Assembly (NCBI GenBank): GCA_963710605.1
Contig: CAVQBA010000006.1
Location: 768,001 to 832,000, forward strand
Length of the DNA stretch: 64,000 nt
Direction: 5' to 3'
From: an uncultured cyanobacterium
GTDB lineage: Bacteria > Cyanobacteriota > Cyanobacteriia > Cyanobacteriales > Cyanobacteriaceae
The position numbers were made by a program, and so were the translations under genes. Below are positions 31,161 to 41,674 of the stretch, piece by piece; positions within the stretch are counted from its first letter, which is position 1; each line of letters starts with the position of its first letter. A model generated the notes under the pieces. That model was given only the letters and a program-made list of their open reading frames with translations. It ran no database searches and was not told where the DNA came from.

Positions 31161-32903
31161 TTATACATTGAAGGCGATAACTGCGTTTAATAAGTTGCTT
31201 TGTTTCTCGGTTTGTAAGTCTATTTTCTCATCTAATTGATCGCACAGTTTCATCATTTTATCTACTTTTTCTACTATTCTTTTTTGTTCTTCAAGTGGTG
31301 GTAGAGGAATTAAAGTATTACCAATGATATCTATATTTAAGTTTGGTTGTCCTTGTCCTCTGGATGCTATTTTCAAAAACCATACAGTTTTGTATTTTAA
31401 TAAATAATAAAAAAAAGGTTTATATAAATTTTGATTCATAAAAATAAATGCAGCAATTCCATCATTAAATGTTGTTTGAAAATTACATATTTTAGGAATT
31501 CCTAGGGTTGCACCACTATTTGTTAACATTAAAGTGTTTGCAGGTACCATTCTTGTTTTATTCAAACCAGCTTTTTTGATTGTGTAAGTGTGATTTTCTA
31601 AATAAACATCGTTATTAGATGTTAAATCTGCAACTTTTAAAAAGGGAATATCACCATTATAATAAAGTGGATCTTTCGCCGGTCTTGGTGAACCACCACG
31701 AACAATATTTGTAATAGTTCCTAATCTCACCCACTCCCAACTATGGGGAATATCGTAAGGTATCTCTTCTGGTGTAATCTCTGGTAAAGGCTTAGTTTTT
31801 TTGATCTTCTTCTCTTTAATTAATCTTTGTTTTTCTGCTTCAATTTCTTTTAATAACTCTCTGGCTGGTATGTCGTCATTGCTATCTTGTGGTACTAGTT
31901 TACCCATCACCGCTAGTTGTAAAATTATCTTGCGTAACTCCTTTACATTTTCCTTGACGCTGTAGATTGTGCCAAAATGTTGGTGCATGAATTGCCAAGC
32001 CTTATCAAAGTCTTTTTGATTTTCTGCTTTAGTGAGTTTTTCGCCTACTGCAATTTGTATCTTTAATCTTTTGGCTTCTTTTTCTTGATGATATTGCTCA
32101 AGTCGATCGACTTTTTCCATTAATATATCGATCGTCTCTACTATTCTCTTTTGCTCTTCAAGAGGCGGTAGAGGGAAAACATGACTTTTAATTGTTGAGG
32201 TTGCTAATTCTATTTGTTTAGTAGAACCAGATGATTTTGAGACTATGAAATTTTGAACAAAAGGGCTTACTATCCAAGAATACAAAAATTCGGGTTTGAT
32301 GTAAATGACTCGAACAACAGTTACATGAGAATCAACAACAACTTGATCGTAATTATTATTTTCATGAATATAAATTAATGCTCGTCCCAAAGTACCCAAA
32401 CCTGTAGAATTCCATAATAAATCTCCTGTTCTCAAAAATCTTTCGTCAGTATATTTGTTAATACTTTCGGGACAAATAAATTTAGCTTTGAACAATTCTA
32501 ACCCATTCCATTGAATACATTTTTGAGCGATTACAGGAAAATTACTTTTTTCTACATATTTAGGAGATTTTCCTCTTTGTATGTAAGATGAAATATCATC
32601 AAGTCTTACCCATTCCCAACTATCAGGAATATCATAAGGAATCTCCTCTGGTGTAATCTCTGGCAAAGGCTTGGTTTTTTTGATCTTCTTTTCTTTAATT
32701 AACCTTTGTTTTTCTGCTTCAATTTCTTTTAACAATTCCCTTGCTGAAGTATTATTAGGGTTTTGGGGTACAAGTTTCCCTCGCATCGCTAAAGAAAGAA
32801 TCAACTCTCTTAATTTTGGTATTCCTTCGGGGGCAGAAAAAGCCGTAGCGAAATATTGATCTAGTAATTCTGTCGTTAGAGAGTTAGTTTTAGCAATTGG
32901 CAT
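31161..32903 (-). CDS. hsdS: Type I specificity subunit S
   Basis: Two TRDs, repeated PLPPLEEQKRIV and EEIPYDIPxSWEWVRL. Confidence 0.95.
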   Translation of the reverse strand: MPIAKTNSLTTELLDQYFATAFSAPEGIPKLRELILSLAMRGKLVPQNPNNTSARELLKEIEAEKQRLIKEKKIKKTKPLPEITPEEIPYDIPDSWEWVRLDDISSYIQRGKSPKYVEKSNFPVIAQKCIQWNGLELFKAKFICPESINKYTDERFLRTGDLLWNSTGLGTLGRALIYIHENNNYDQVVVDSHVTVVRVIYIKPEFLYSWIVSPFVQNFIVSKSSGSTKQIELATSTIKSHVFPLPPLEEQKRIVETIDILMEKVDRLEQYHQEKEAKRLKIQIAVGEKLTKAENQKDFDKAWQFMHQHFGTIYSVKENVKELRKIILQLAVMGKLVPQDSNDDIPARELLKEIEAEKQRLIKEKKIKKTKPLPEITPEEIPYDIPHSWEWVRLGTITNIVRGGSPRPAKDPLYYNGDIPFLKVADLTSNNDVYLENHTYTIKKAGLNKTRMVPANTLMLTNSGATLGIPKICNFQTTFNDGIAAFIFMNQNLYKPFFYYLLKYKTVWFLKIASRGQGQPNLNIDIIGNTLIPLPPLEEQKRIVEKVDKMMKLCDQLDEKIDLQTEKQSNLLNAVIAFNV

Positions 32904-33054
32904 ATAATAATAAATATCTTGAACAAAAAAAAGACGATCGATTTAGCTTATCAAGAAAATACCTTACTTAAAACCTCTTAGTTCATTTTAATGAACGTTA
33001 TCTGTTAGCCTTGTCAATTTATTGCTAGGCGATTGATATTAACAACTTTAGTTA

Positions 33055-34506
33055 TCATTGATTATTTTCTAACGCTTGTACAAGTTCGTTTTTTAATTCA
33101 TCCTGAATCGCTTTAACTTGTTGCGATAACTGCTTAAATTCCATCATCAAGTCTTCGGGTTTACCATAATCAATCACTTCTTGATAAGGATTTTTACAAT
33201 CAAGGTTATAATTTTTAGCAATAATATCTTCTACTTTTACTTGCCAAGCCGATTCATTTTCTGCTCGTTTATGCCACCATGCTTTTTCTGTGTCAAACTC
33301 TTGAATAGTTAAAGGTTTCGATCGACTATAAGACTTATAACCCTTAGGATAAGGATGCTCAAAAAACCAAATCGATTCAGTTGCTTTACCTTGATCAAAA
33401 AATAAAATATTCGTCGAAATGCTGGTATAAGGGCTGAATACTCCTTTAGGTAAACGGATGATAGTATGCAGATTGAAGTTATCCAAAAGCTCTTTTTTAA
33501 TCGTAGTTTTGACTCCTTCACCAAACAAAAAACCATCAGGTAATACCACCGCCGCTTTACCTATATCTTTTTTTAATAAGTGCATTATCAACGCCATAAA
33601 CAAATCTGCTGTTTCTCTGGTTTGATATTTTTTAGGAAAATTGTTCTCGATGCCGTCTTCTTCTACCCCTCCAAAAGGCGGATTAGTGATAATAATGTCC
33701 ACCCTTTCTTGTGGTTTATAATCTTTTAGAGGACGGGATAAAGTGTTATCATGGCGAATTTGAGTGGGTGTATCAATGCCATGTAAAATCATATTAGTGA
33801 TCGCTAACATATGGGGTAAAGGTTTTTTTTCGACACCATTGATAGTCTTTTCGATCGTGTTTTGGTCATCAGGATTATTAACTTGTGGTTGTAGATAATC
33901 GATCGTGCAAGTAAGAAAACCACCTGTACCACAGGCTGGGTCAAGGATTACCTGTCCTAACTGAGGGTTGAGAATATCCACCATAAATTGCGTCACTGCC
34001 CTAGGTGTATAATATTCTCCTGCGTTACCAGCAGATTGCAAATCAGCGAGGATTTTTTCGTAGATGTCATTAAATAAATGTCGATCTTCTGAGGAGTTAA
34101 AATCTAAATCTTGTTCAATGGTATTGATTACTTGACGTAGTAATGTTCCTGATTTCATGTAATTATAAGCGTCTTCAAACACCGAACCAATTACCCTTGC
34201 TTGAGGTTTCGTGTCTGAAGTTGTAGCTAATTCTTTGAGGGTGGGAAAAAGATCGTTATTCACAAAATTAATTAATTCATCACCCGTCATTCCTTCATCA
34301 TCTTTTGCCCAATTTGACCATCTCAAATGCTTAGCTAAAGGAGATTGATAATTATCGACAGTAAATTCCCATTCTTGCTCTTTATCATCAAATATCTTCA
34401 GAAACAGCATCCAGACTAATTGACTAATTCTTTGGGCATCTCCATCCACACCAACATCCTTACGCATGATGTCTTGAATACTTTTAACTAAGGTAACGAT
34501 CGCCAT
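33055..34506 (-). CDS. hsdM: Type I methyltransferase subunit M (m6A)
   Basis: GEYYTPR, DPACGTGGF, NPPF. Confidence 0.95.
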   Translation of the reverse strand: MAIVTLVKSIQDIMRKDVGVDGDAQRISQLVWMLFLKIFDDKEQEWEFTVDNYQSPLAKHLRWSNWAKDDEGMTGDELINFVNNDLFPTLKELATTSDTKPQARVIGSVFEDAYNYMKSGTLLRQVINTIEQDLDFNSSEDRHLFNDIYEKILADLQSAGNAGEYYTPRAVTQFMVDILNPQLGQVILDPACGTGGFLTCTIDYLQPQVNNPDDQNTIEKTINGVEKKPLPHMLAITNMILHGIDTPTQIRHDNTLSRPLKDYKPQERVDIIITNPPFGGVEEDGIENNFPKKYQTRETADLFMALIMHLLKKDIGKAAVVLPDGFLFGEGVKTTIKKELLDNFNLHTIIRLPKGVFSPYTSISTNILFFDQGKATESIWFFEHPYPKGYKSYSRSKPLTIQEFDTEKAWWHKRAENESAWQVKVEDIIAKNYNLDCKNPYQEVIDYGKPEDLMMEFKQLSQQVKAIQDELKNELVQALENNQ

Positions 34507-34576
34507 TAAACTTTCTTTTCTTTCAATTTCTACTTATCATACAACGGCTACCACGATCGTCAACTAATTCTCTATA

Positions 34577-34624
34577 CTTCGGCTTTACTTTGACTGACGC
34601 TTAGCACGAGTTGCTCAGCATAAA
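34577..34624 (+). repeat. Degenerate nested small dispersed repeat
   Basis: CTTCGGCT[..TTTGACTGACGCTTAGCACGAG]TTGCTCAGCATAAA: two similar units, one inside the other. Confidence 0.4.
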
Positions 34625-34800
34625 TTCTCGTACTGAACAATTGACAATTTCTCTACCTATTGTCTTGTTTTCATCATATTAAAGACCATCATTATTAAGA
34701 TCAAGATATATTGAATATGACAGAATATATACATACGTCATTTTAATCAACAGATATTAGATCGTTTTTTGAACATTATTAAATAAGGAGAAAAATAAGA

Positions 34801-36051
34801 GTGACTACTGCGGCATTAGACATATTAAGTCAAGCTTTTGACCAAGATAATTTTAACAACTACGTCATGAATACCTACGGGCGTTTTCCTGTCGCTATGG
34901 AAAAAGGCGAAGGATGCAAACTGTGGGATACAGATGGTAAAGAATATTTAGATTTCGTGGCAGGAATAGCTACTTGTACTTTAGGGCATGGGCATCGGGC
35001 CATGATTGAAGCAGTTAGCCAACAAATCAAAAAGTTACATCATATTTCTAACCTTTACTATATTCCCGAACAAGGTGAATTAGCTAAATGGATTGTTGAA
35101 CATTCTTGTGCTGATAAAGTATTTTTCTGTAATTCAGGTGCAGAAGCCAACGAGGCGGCGATCAAATTAGTTCGTAAATATGCTCATACCGCTTTAGAAT
35201 TTTTAGAGCAACCAGTAATCTTAACTGCTAAATCCAGTTTTCATGGTCGTACTTTAGCAACTATCACCGCAACAGGGCAAGCGAAATATCAAAAAGATTT
35301 TGCACCTTTAATACCCGGTTTTGAATATGTACCTTATAATGACATAGGTGCGATCGAAGATGCGATTACCAATATTGATGAAGGCGATAGACGTGTAGCC
35401 GCTATCATGATTGAACCAATCCAAGGAGAAGGTGGTGTTCGTCCGGGTGAATTAGAATATTTCTTAAGATTACGCAAAATCTGTGATGAGACAGGTATTC
35501 TCTTAGTTTTTGATGAAGTCCAATCAGGTGTCGGTCGTACTGGTAAAATGTGGGGTTATGAAAACCTCGGTGTTGAGCCTGATATTTTCACTAGTGCTAA
35601 AGGTTTAGCTGGTGGTATTCCCATCGGTGCAATGATGTGTAAGTCTTTTTGTGACGTTTTCGCACCAGGTAGTCACGCTAGTACTTTTGGTGGTAATCCT
35701 TTTGCTACAGCGGCTTCATTAGCTGTTCTTAAAACGATCGATAGTGATGGTATTATTCAAAATGTACAAGCTAGAGGCGAACAATTACGTAGTATTTTAA
35801 GAGCTATTTCTCAAAAATATAGCAACCTTTTTGTTGATGTCAGAGGTTGGGGTTTAATGGATGGTATGGAAATTAGCCCTGATAGTGATTTAACATCGAT
35901 CGAAATCGTCAAAAAAGCGATGGAAAACGGTTTATTATTAGCACCTGCAGGAGCAAAAGTATTACGTTTTGTACCTCCATTGATTGTTAATGAAGAAGAA
36001 GTAAAACAAGCAGGAGAAATCCTTGAGCAAACTATTTCTGAATTAGTTTAA
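34801..36051 (+). CDS. argD: Acetylornithine aminotransferase
   Basis: MNTYGR, FCNSGAEANE, SFHGRT, DEVQSG, AKGLAGG. Confidence 0.92.
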   Translation: MTTAALDILSQAFDQDNFNNYVMNTYGRFPVAMEKGEGCKLWDTDGKEYLDFVAGIATCTLGHGHRAMIEAVSQQIKKLHHISNLYYIPEQGELAKWIVEHSCADKVFFCNSGAEANEAAIKLVRKYAHTALEFLEQPVILTAKSSFHGRTLATITATGQAKYQKDFAPLIPGFEYVPYNDIGAIEDAITNIDEGDRRVAAIMIEPIQGEGGVRPGELEYFLRLRKICDETGILLVFDEVQSGVGRTGKMWGYENLGVEPDIFTSAKGLAGGIPIGAMMCKSFCDVFAPGSHASTFGGNPFATAASLAVLKTIDSDGIIQNVQARGEQLRSILRAISQKYSNLFVDVRGWGLMDGMEISPDSDLTSIEIVKKAMENGLLLAPAGAKVLRFVPPLIVNEEEVKQAGEILEQTISELV

Positions 36052-36091
36052 GATAATTTGATCTTTACTTTCAAATAAAAACCAATCATCA

Positions 36092-36128
36092 TAACTAAAG
36101 GACGTTGTAGTACAACGTCCTTTAGTTA
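36092..36128. terminator. 18-bp perfect inverted repeat between convergent genes
   Basis: TAACTAAAGGACGTTGTA-G-TACAACGTCCTTTAGTTA. Confidence 0.65.
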
Positions 36129-36137
36129 AAATATTTT

Positions 36138-36473
36138 TTAAGAAGTGAGAATAACACCATCTAAATACAAACCATAAACAAAACCAAGCTTAAAAGAATA
36201 CAATAAATCTCGCCACCAAGGTTTTTGGCTACCCTTATTTTTGGGATTATAAATAATTCTGTCCATAATTTCGGTAATCGACAAAAAAACAAGCGCAACA
36301 GAAACATCCCAATCTCCCCCCTGACTGATAGAAGAAGTTAAAACTGTCGGTAAAGAAAAACCCAACAACCAACCGATAACGATAAAAGAAAGTTTACGCC
36401 ACGGGTTAGCAAAAAAAACACGAGACTGATTAGAGAAGCGACTAAGTAACTGATTTAAACGAGTTTGTTGCAT
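36138..36473 (-). CDS. DUF565/Ycf20 family membrane protein
   Basis: MQQTRL, NPWR, GDWD, FKLGFVYGL. Confidence 0.8.
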   Translation of the reverse strand: MQQTRLNQLLSRFSNQSRVFFANPWRKLSFIVIGWLLGFSLPTVLTSSISQGGDWDVSVALVFLSITEIMDRIIYNPKNKGSQKPWWRDLLYSFKLGFVYGLYLDGVILTS

Positions 36474-36546
36474 AATAGGTAGGTAGTCTTCTGCTGTCTT
36501 TTCTTGATATTTAAGACTATAAAATACTGTAATGATAGATCAAATT

Positions 36547-37197
36547 TTATTTTATCATTGCGCAATCTTTATAAAAGTTCTCAGCGATCGCAATTCCTTG
36601 AATAATTATTTGATGCTCTTGTTTTTGAATGCGTAAATGTAAACTATCAGCAGTGTCATTAGGCAAAATTGGTACAGCAGATTGAATCAAAATTTGACCA
36701 CTATCTACTTCTAAATCAACTAAATGCACAGTACAACCTGTTAACTTTACCTTAGCAGACAAAGCTTGTTCGATCGCATTTATCCCTTTAAAACTAGGCA
36801 ACAAACTCGGATGAATATTAATAACTTGATGAGGAAAAGCATCTAACAATACTTGAGTCACAATCCGCATCCAACCCGCCATTACTACCCATTCTATTTT
36901 ATATTGTTGAAACACTTCAGCTATGGCTTGATCAAGTTTTTCACGAGAAGCAAAATCACGATGATTCAATAGTACTGTAGGTATATTATATTGCTCGGCT
37001 TTTTCTTTGACTTTAGCTTGAGGATTGTTGTAGATTAAAACCTCAACTTTAGCGTTTAAATCTCCATTTTGAATCGCTTTAGCAATAGCTTCAAAATTAC
37101 TTCCCGTACCAGAAGCCATCACTCCTAATTTAACTGTTTTTTCTAACTTTAACTCCTCTAAACTTAATTGCGGAGAGATAATTGCCAAAGAGTGCAT
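36547..37197 (-). CDS. purN: Phosphoribosylglycinamide formyltransferase
   Basis: SGTGSN, MAGWMR, INIHPSLLP, GCTVH..VDSG. Confidence 0.95.
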   Translation of the reverse strand: MHSLAIISPQLSLEELKLEKTVKLGVMASGTGSNFEAIAKAIQNGDLNAKVEVLIYNNPQAKVKEKAEQYNIPTVLLNHRDFASREKLDQAIAEVFQQYKIEWVVMAGWMRIVTQVLLDAFPHQVINIHPSLLPSFKGINAIEQALSAKVKLTGCTVHLVDLEVDSGQILIQSAVPILPNDTADSLHLRIQKQEHQIIIQGIAIAENFYKDCAMIK

Positions 37198-37365
37198 CCT
37201 AGTTGTTGATTAAATACAGAGAACATTATAGCAGAAGTTTGGCTGACAGTTGAGCATTGTTTTTATCTGAATATTTATAACTTGATTAGTCGAAGTGCGT
37301 TTAAATACTTTTACTGACAAAAGAATAAAATATAAAATAGGGATAAAAATATCGACTCCTTAGCT

Positions 37366-37938
37366 ATGACTAACTTAACCATTGACTGTCAATCCTTAGA
37401 CATAACCGAAGAAAGATTCTATCAATTATGTATCAACAATCGTAGCGTCAGATTTGAACGCAATCATCAAGGAAATTTAATCATTATGACTCCCGTCGGA
37501 GATATTAGTAGTAACCGCAATGCTGGAATAGTTGCTCAATTATGGTTATGGAATAGTCAAAACAAAACAGGTATAGTCTTTGATTCTTCTGCTGGTTTTA
37601 TCTTACCTAATGGTGCAATTCGATCGCCCGATACCTCTTGGATTCCTCTGACAAAATGGCAACAAATCCCCGATACAGAAAAAGAAAAGTTTGCTCATAT
37701 TTGTCCTGATTTTGTCGTTGAATTGATGTCTCCAAGCGATAATTTAAAACAGACTCAAGCAAAGATGCAAGAATATATCGATAATGGCACAAAATTAGGA
37801 TGGTTAATTAATCCTAAAACTAAAAAAGTAGAAATTTATCGACATAATCAACAAGCCGAAATATTAGATAATCTAAATAGTTTATCAGGAGAAAATATCT
37901 TAGTTAATTTTGTTTTGGATTTAGAAATTATTTGGTAA
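37366..37938 (+). CDS. Uma2 family endonuclease
   Basis: FDSSAGF, RSPD, CPDFVVEL, LGWLINP. Confidence 0.92.
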   Translation: MTNLTIDCQSLDITEERFYQLCINNRSVRFERNHQGNLIIMTPVGDISSNRNAGIVAQLWLWNSQNKTGIVFDSSAGFILPNGAIRSPDTSWIPLTKWQQIPDTEKEKFAHICPDFVVELMSPSDNLKQTQAKMQEYIDNGTKLGWLINPKTKKVEIYRHNQQAEILDNLNSLSGENILVNFVLDLEIIW

Positions 37939-38114
37939 CTAGCCTATTATGTAATTGACAAATGAACTGTAATATGTATAGCAATATTTAAATTATAGTT
38001 GTTTAAAATCAGAATAAGACAATTTGTTCGATGAGATTTTAGTTTAATTTATTAAACGGTTTCTATTAGCCATGTAATTCATTGCATGGTGGGTATTAAG
38101 CTTATATTTTTAAT

Positions 38115-40427
38115 TTAACCAATTTTATTTAATAACTTTTTGAGCTTATCAATATCTAAATAAATATCTTCAAAACGAGAATCAGAATAGATAAATTGAT
38201 CAAAACAATAACTACCGATCACTTCTCCTACTAAATAATAATAATCAAGATTTACCAAATTACTCACTAACCAATAGCAAGGATAGACATAATTAGGGCT
38301 AAAAATTTCGATTATTTTTGTCTCAGGCTGACAAAAAACTAGATTACTTAATCCACTACCATGAGGAGAAATAACAATCTCACTTTGAGCTAAAAGTTGT
38401 GCTTGTTCGCTAACAGATAATAACTCTAAATTAATTACCTTAAAATCATATTTATCTAAAAAATCAACTACTTCTTGTTCGTTGATTAAACGACGATTAC
38501 TAGACTTATTACGACTAATATATAATCTATTTTTAGTTTCTACTTTAACAAGCTCTGAATCTAAAAAAACGTTTTTAAGATAATGACAACTCCATTGAGG
38601 CATCCAAGCGATCGTACCAGCATATGAAGGTACTATCAAATTATCTGCTTGAATATGAGTCGGTGAAGATAAAGATAAAGGTAATATTTTATCACTATTT
38701 ATACCTATTTTGATTAAACTTTCTTGCTGAAATTTTGCTCTATTATCTACTAGAAAATAATCTACTTCGGCTAAGTTTATTTTGGCTAATTCTAATAAAT
38801 AAATTCTTGGTAAAATATCAAATAACCAATGAAAATAAATATTATTTAATAATCCTGCTAACACCACCACATTACCGTTAATTTTAGTAGGAGAAGGTAA
38901 AGAAGATGTTTTATTAAAAAGCGAATGATGACGAGGATGACTTTGAGGATGGTTAGGGCTTAAGGCGGGAGATTCGGGGGATAAATCACCGAGTAAGTAG
39001 TTATCGTTACTGATAACAGCACTAGATGCTTCATCTTCTCTTAAATAAAAACGTCCTTGAGGAATTTCGACGACAAAAGGTGATGGTAGTTGAATAGTTG
39101 TGGGAAAATAAAAACTAGAATGAATATTTCGATCGATCGTTTGTGGTGGTTTTAAATTTATAATAGAATCAAGTTTTAGAGGATAAAATTTATTAGTTAA
39201 TTTTTTTTGTTCAACAAAATCTAAAGTATTTAGGTAAAAATTATTTGGTGTTTCAACTAAGTTTAAATTGTTATTTTTATTTGTTTTGGGTTGTAGTTGT
39301 AATTTTAGTTTTTCAACCTTCTGTGAATCAAGATAAATTAGTTTTTGAAGATAATTAGGAATAAGTTGAGCTTGATTTGTGTACGCATAACTAATAATCA
39401 AATTAGTATAAATATCCGCAGAAACTAAATCGTATTTTAAAGCTTGTTGATAAAAGTTAATTGCTCGATCGTATTTGTGTTGCTCAAAATATATATCAGC
39501 AATAACCTTAGCAAAATCAGCGAGTAACTTAGAATCAAGATTAAGATTGTTAGTTATCGAATCTGATGAATGATTAAGCTTAGTTTGTTGAATAATTGTG
39601 ATTAACTCAGTATTTAATTTAACCCCATTTTGAGAGTTGAGATGATTACTAATTTGGTTTTCGTACCAAGCTAAATATTGTTGATATATCTTAGGTTGAG
39701 AAGTAACTAATTTATGCCAACATTTAAAAGTTTGTGCTAAATTTTGCTCAAGTAAATCTAGATAACCTAAATCGCCATATGCCGAATAATATTGAGGGTT
39801 ATAACTAAGGATTTTTTGCAGAGATTGTCGAGCTAAAGACAGTTGTTGATTTTTCAGATAACAAAAAGCTAAGTTAATTAAAATCGGTAAATAATCAGGT
39901 TGCTTTTGTAATCCTTGCTGATAAATATCGATCGCATTTGTGTATTGATGAGTATTCTGCCACAATAAACCTAATTTTTCATAACCAGTGATTAAATCAG
40001 GTTGCCAAACAATCAAATCTTGCCAAACACAAATTGCTTCTTCAAAACGACTAACAATAGTCAAACATTGAGCTAAATTAAGATAAGCAGAGAGACTTTG
40101 AGCATCAAACTCCCAACCTTGTTGATATAAACTAATCGCTAACTCGACATTTTTTTGCTTAATTTGTAATTGTGCTAACTCAAAAATAGACTCCGCAATC
40201 AACTTTAATTGGTCTTCATAATTTAATAATAAATGCCAGTAAATAAGTTGAGCATTTTCAACCTCATCAAGACAAAGATAAGCAGTAGCCAAATAAGTTT
40301 GATATAGTACATCATCTGGTTGATTATTTAACAAATTTTCGAGATATTTAATCGCCGATAAATAATCCTCCTGCTGAAAAAAACTAATGATTTGCAATAA
40401 AACAGACTTATTCATCTTAATTATCAA
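38115..40427 (-). CDS. TPR protein with C-terminal GT61 (DUF563) glycosyltransferase
   Basis: TPR helices; YFHWLFDILPR, LYISR, SPHGSGLSN, IIEIF. Confidence 0.88.
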   Translation of the reverse strand: MIIKMNKSVLLQIISFFQQEDYLSAIKYLENLLNNQPDDVLYQTYLATAYLCLDEVENAQLIYWHLLLNYEDQLKLIAESIFELAQLQIKQKNVELAISLYQQGWEFDAQSLSAYLNLAQCLTIVSRFEEAICVWQDLIVWQPDLITGYEKLGLLWQNTHQYTNAIDIYQQGLQKQPDYLPILINLAFCYLKNQQLSLARQSLQKILSYNPQYYSAYGDLGYLDLLEQNLAQTFKCWHKLVTSQPKIYQQYLAWYENQISNHLNSQNGVKLNTELITIIQQTKLNHSSDSITNNLNLDSKLLADFAKVIADIYFEQHKYDRAINFYQQALKYDLVSADIYTNLIISYAYTNQAQLIPNYLQKLIYLDSQKVEKLKLQLQPKTNKNNNLNLVETPNNFYLNTLDFVEQKKLTNKFYPLKLDSIINLKPPQTIDRNIHSSFYFPTTIQLPSPFVVEIPQGRFYLREDEASSAVISNDNYLLGDLSPESPALSPNHPQSHPRHHSLFNKTSSLPSPTKINGNVVVLAGLLNNIYFHWLFDILPRIYLLELAKINLAEVDYFLVDNRAKFQQESLIKIGINSDKILPLSLSSPTHIQADNLIVPSYAGTIAWMPQWSCHYLKNVFLDSELVKVETKNRLYISRNKSSNRRLINEQEVVDFLDKYDFKVINLELLSVSEQAQLLAQSEIVISPHGSGLSNLVFCQPETKIIEIFSPNYVYPCYWLVSNLVNLDYYYLVGEVIGSYCFDQFIYSDSRFEDIYLDIDKLKKLLNKIG

Positions 40428-40621
40428 TTCTCAACTATAGTATAGGGTTTAATGAATTAAAGGTAATTTTTATGGTAATCTAATCAAGTTGTGTCTATAG
40501 TAGAAAATATCTAGTTATCTAAAAAAAAATAGATGTTTTTTTTTGGCTAGATGGCATTTAATTTAATTAAAATCGCTTAAAATTTAATTTTAGTGTAAGC
40601 AGGGAAAAGTCAATAAACAAC

Positions 40622-41440
40622 ATGAAGCAATATCAAAGAAGTTCAATCCTTGTTATCGGAGGTGCAGAAGACAAAGTACATGGAAAAGAGATTCTTAGTA
40701 GTTTTTGGCATTGTGCAGGGGGGACATCAGCTATAATCGGGATTATTCCTTCCGCCTCAAGAGAACCAAGTATTATCGGCGATCGTTATACTAACATTTT
40801 CCGTGATATGGGTGCGAAAGAATTGAAAGTATTAGACGTTCGCGATCGAGTTCAAGGGGAAGATAAAGGATATATTGAATTTGTCGAGCAATGTACAGGT
40901 ATATTCATGACAGGAGGAGATCAACTTCGTCTATGTGGTTTACTCTCAGACACACCATTGATGGATAAAATCAAAAGAAGAGTCAATCAAGGAGAAGTAG
41001 CTTTAGGTGGTACAAGTGCAGGTGCGGCAGTAATGGGTCATCATATGATTGCAGGTGGTAGTAGTGGAGAAGCACCGAACCGCTCTTTAGTCGATATGGC
41101 GATGGGATTAGGTCTTATTCCTGAGGTGATTGTCGATCAGCATTTTCATAATCGTAATCGAATGGCAAGACTACTTAGTGCTATCTCTAGTCATCCTGAA
41201 AGACTGGGTATTGGTATTGATGAAGATACTTGCGCCATGTTTAGTCAAGAAGGTTATATCGAAGTACTCGGTAGAGGCACAGTCAGTATAGTTGATGGTC
41301 AAGCCATGAGTTATACCAATGAAGGTAAAGTAGCCGCCGAGCAACCTTTAACCTTACATAATTTGAGATTACACGTTTTAGGATATAGCGATCGTTATAA
41401 CCTTAAAACACATCAACCAATAGCAGGTAGAAATGAATAA
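40622..41440 (+). CDS. cphB: Cyanophycinase
   Basis: IGGAEDK, TGGDQ, GTSAG, DQHF; upstream of cphA. Confidence 0.96.
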   Translation: MKQYQRSSILVIGGAEDKVHGKEILSSFWHCAGGTSAIIGIIPSASREPSIIGDRYTNIFRDMGAKELKVLDVRDRVQGEDKGYIEFVEQCTGIFMTGGDQLRLCGLLSDTPLMDKIKRRVNQGEVALGGTSAGAAVMGHHMIAGGSSGEAPNRSLVDMAMGLGLIPEVIVDQHFHNRNRMARLLSAISSHPERLGIGIDEDTCAMFSQEGYIEVLGRGTVSIVDGQAMSYTNEGKVAAEQPLTLHNLRLHVLGYSDRYNLKTHQPIAGRNE

Positions 41441-41674
41441 CGAATAATTAATAATGGATAATTAATAATTAAAGTGTTTGAAATTAATAATCTGCGATTT
41501 TAGACTTGCCAAGCAAAAAAAAACGGTTGCGGTATTTAACTATTAACTATTAAAAAACTATTCTCAGAAAATGTTCATCAATAACAGTTTAGATGAACAG
41601 TTAGTTCGAGATTAAAAAGAAACCGACAAAGTTCTAATTAATAATATATCTGCTTTAAATTACGATAAATAACC

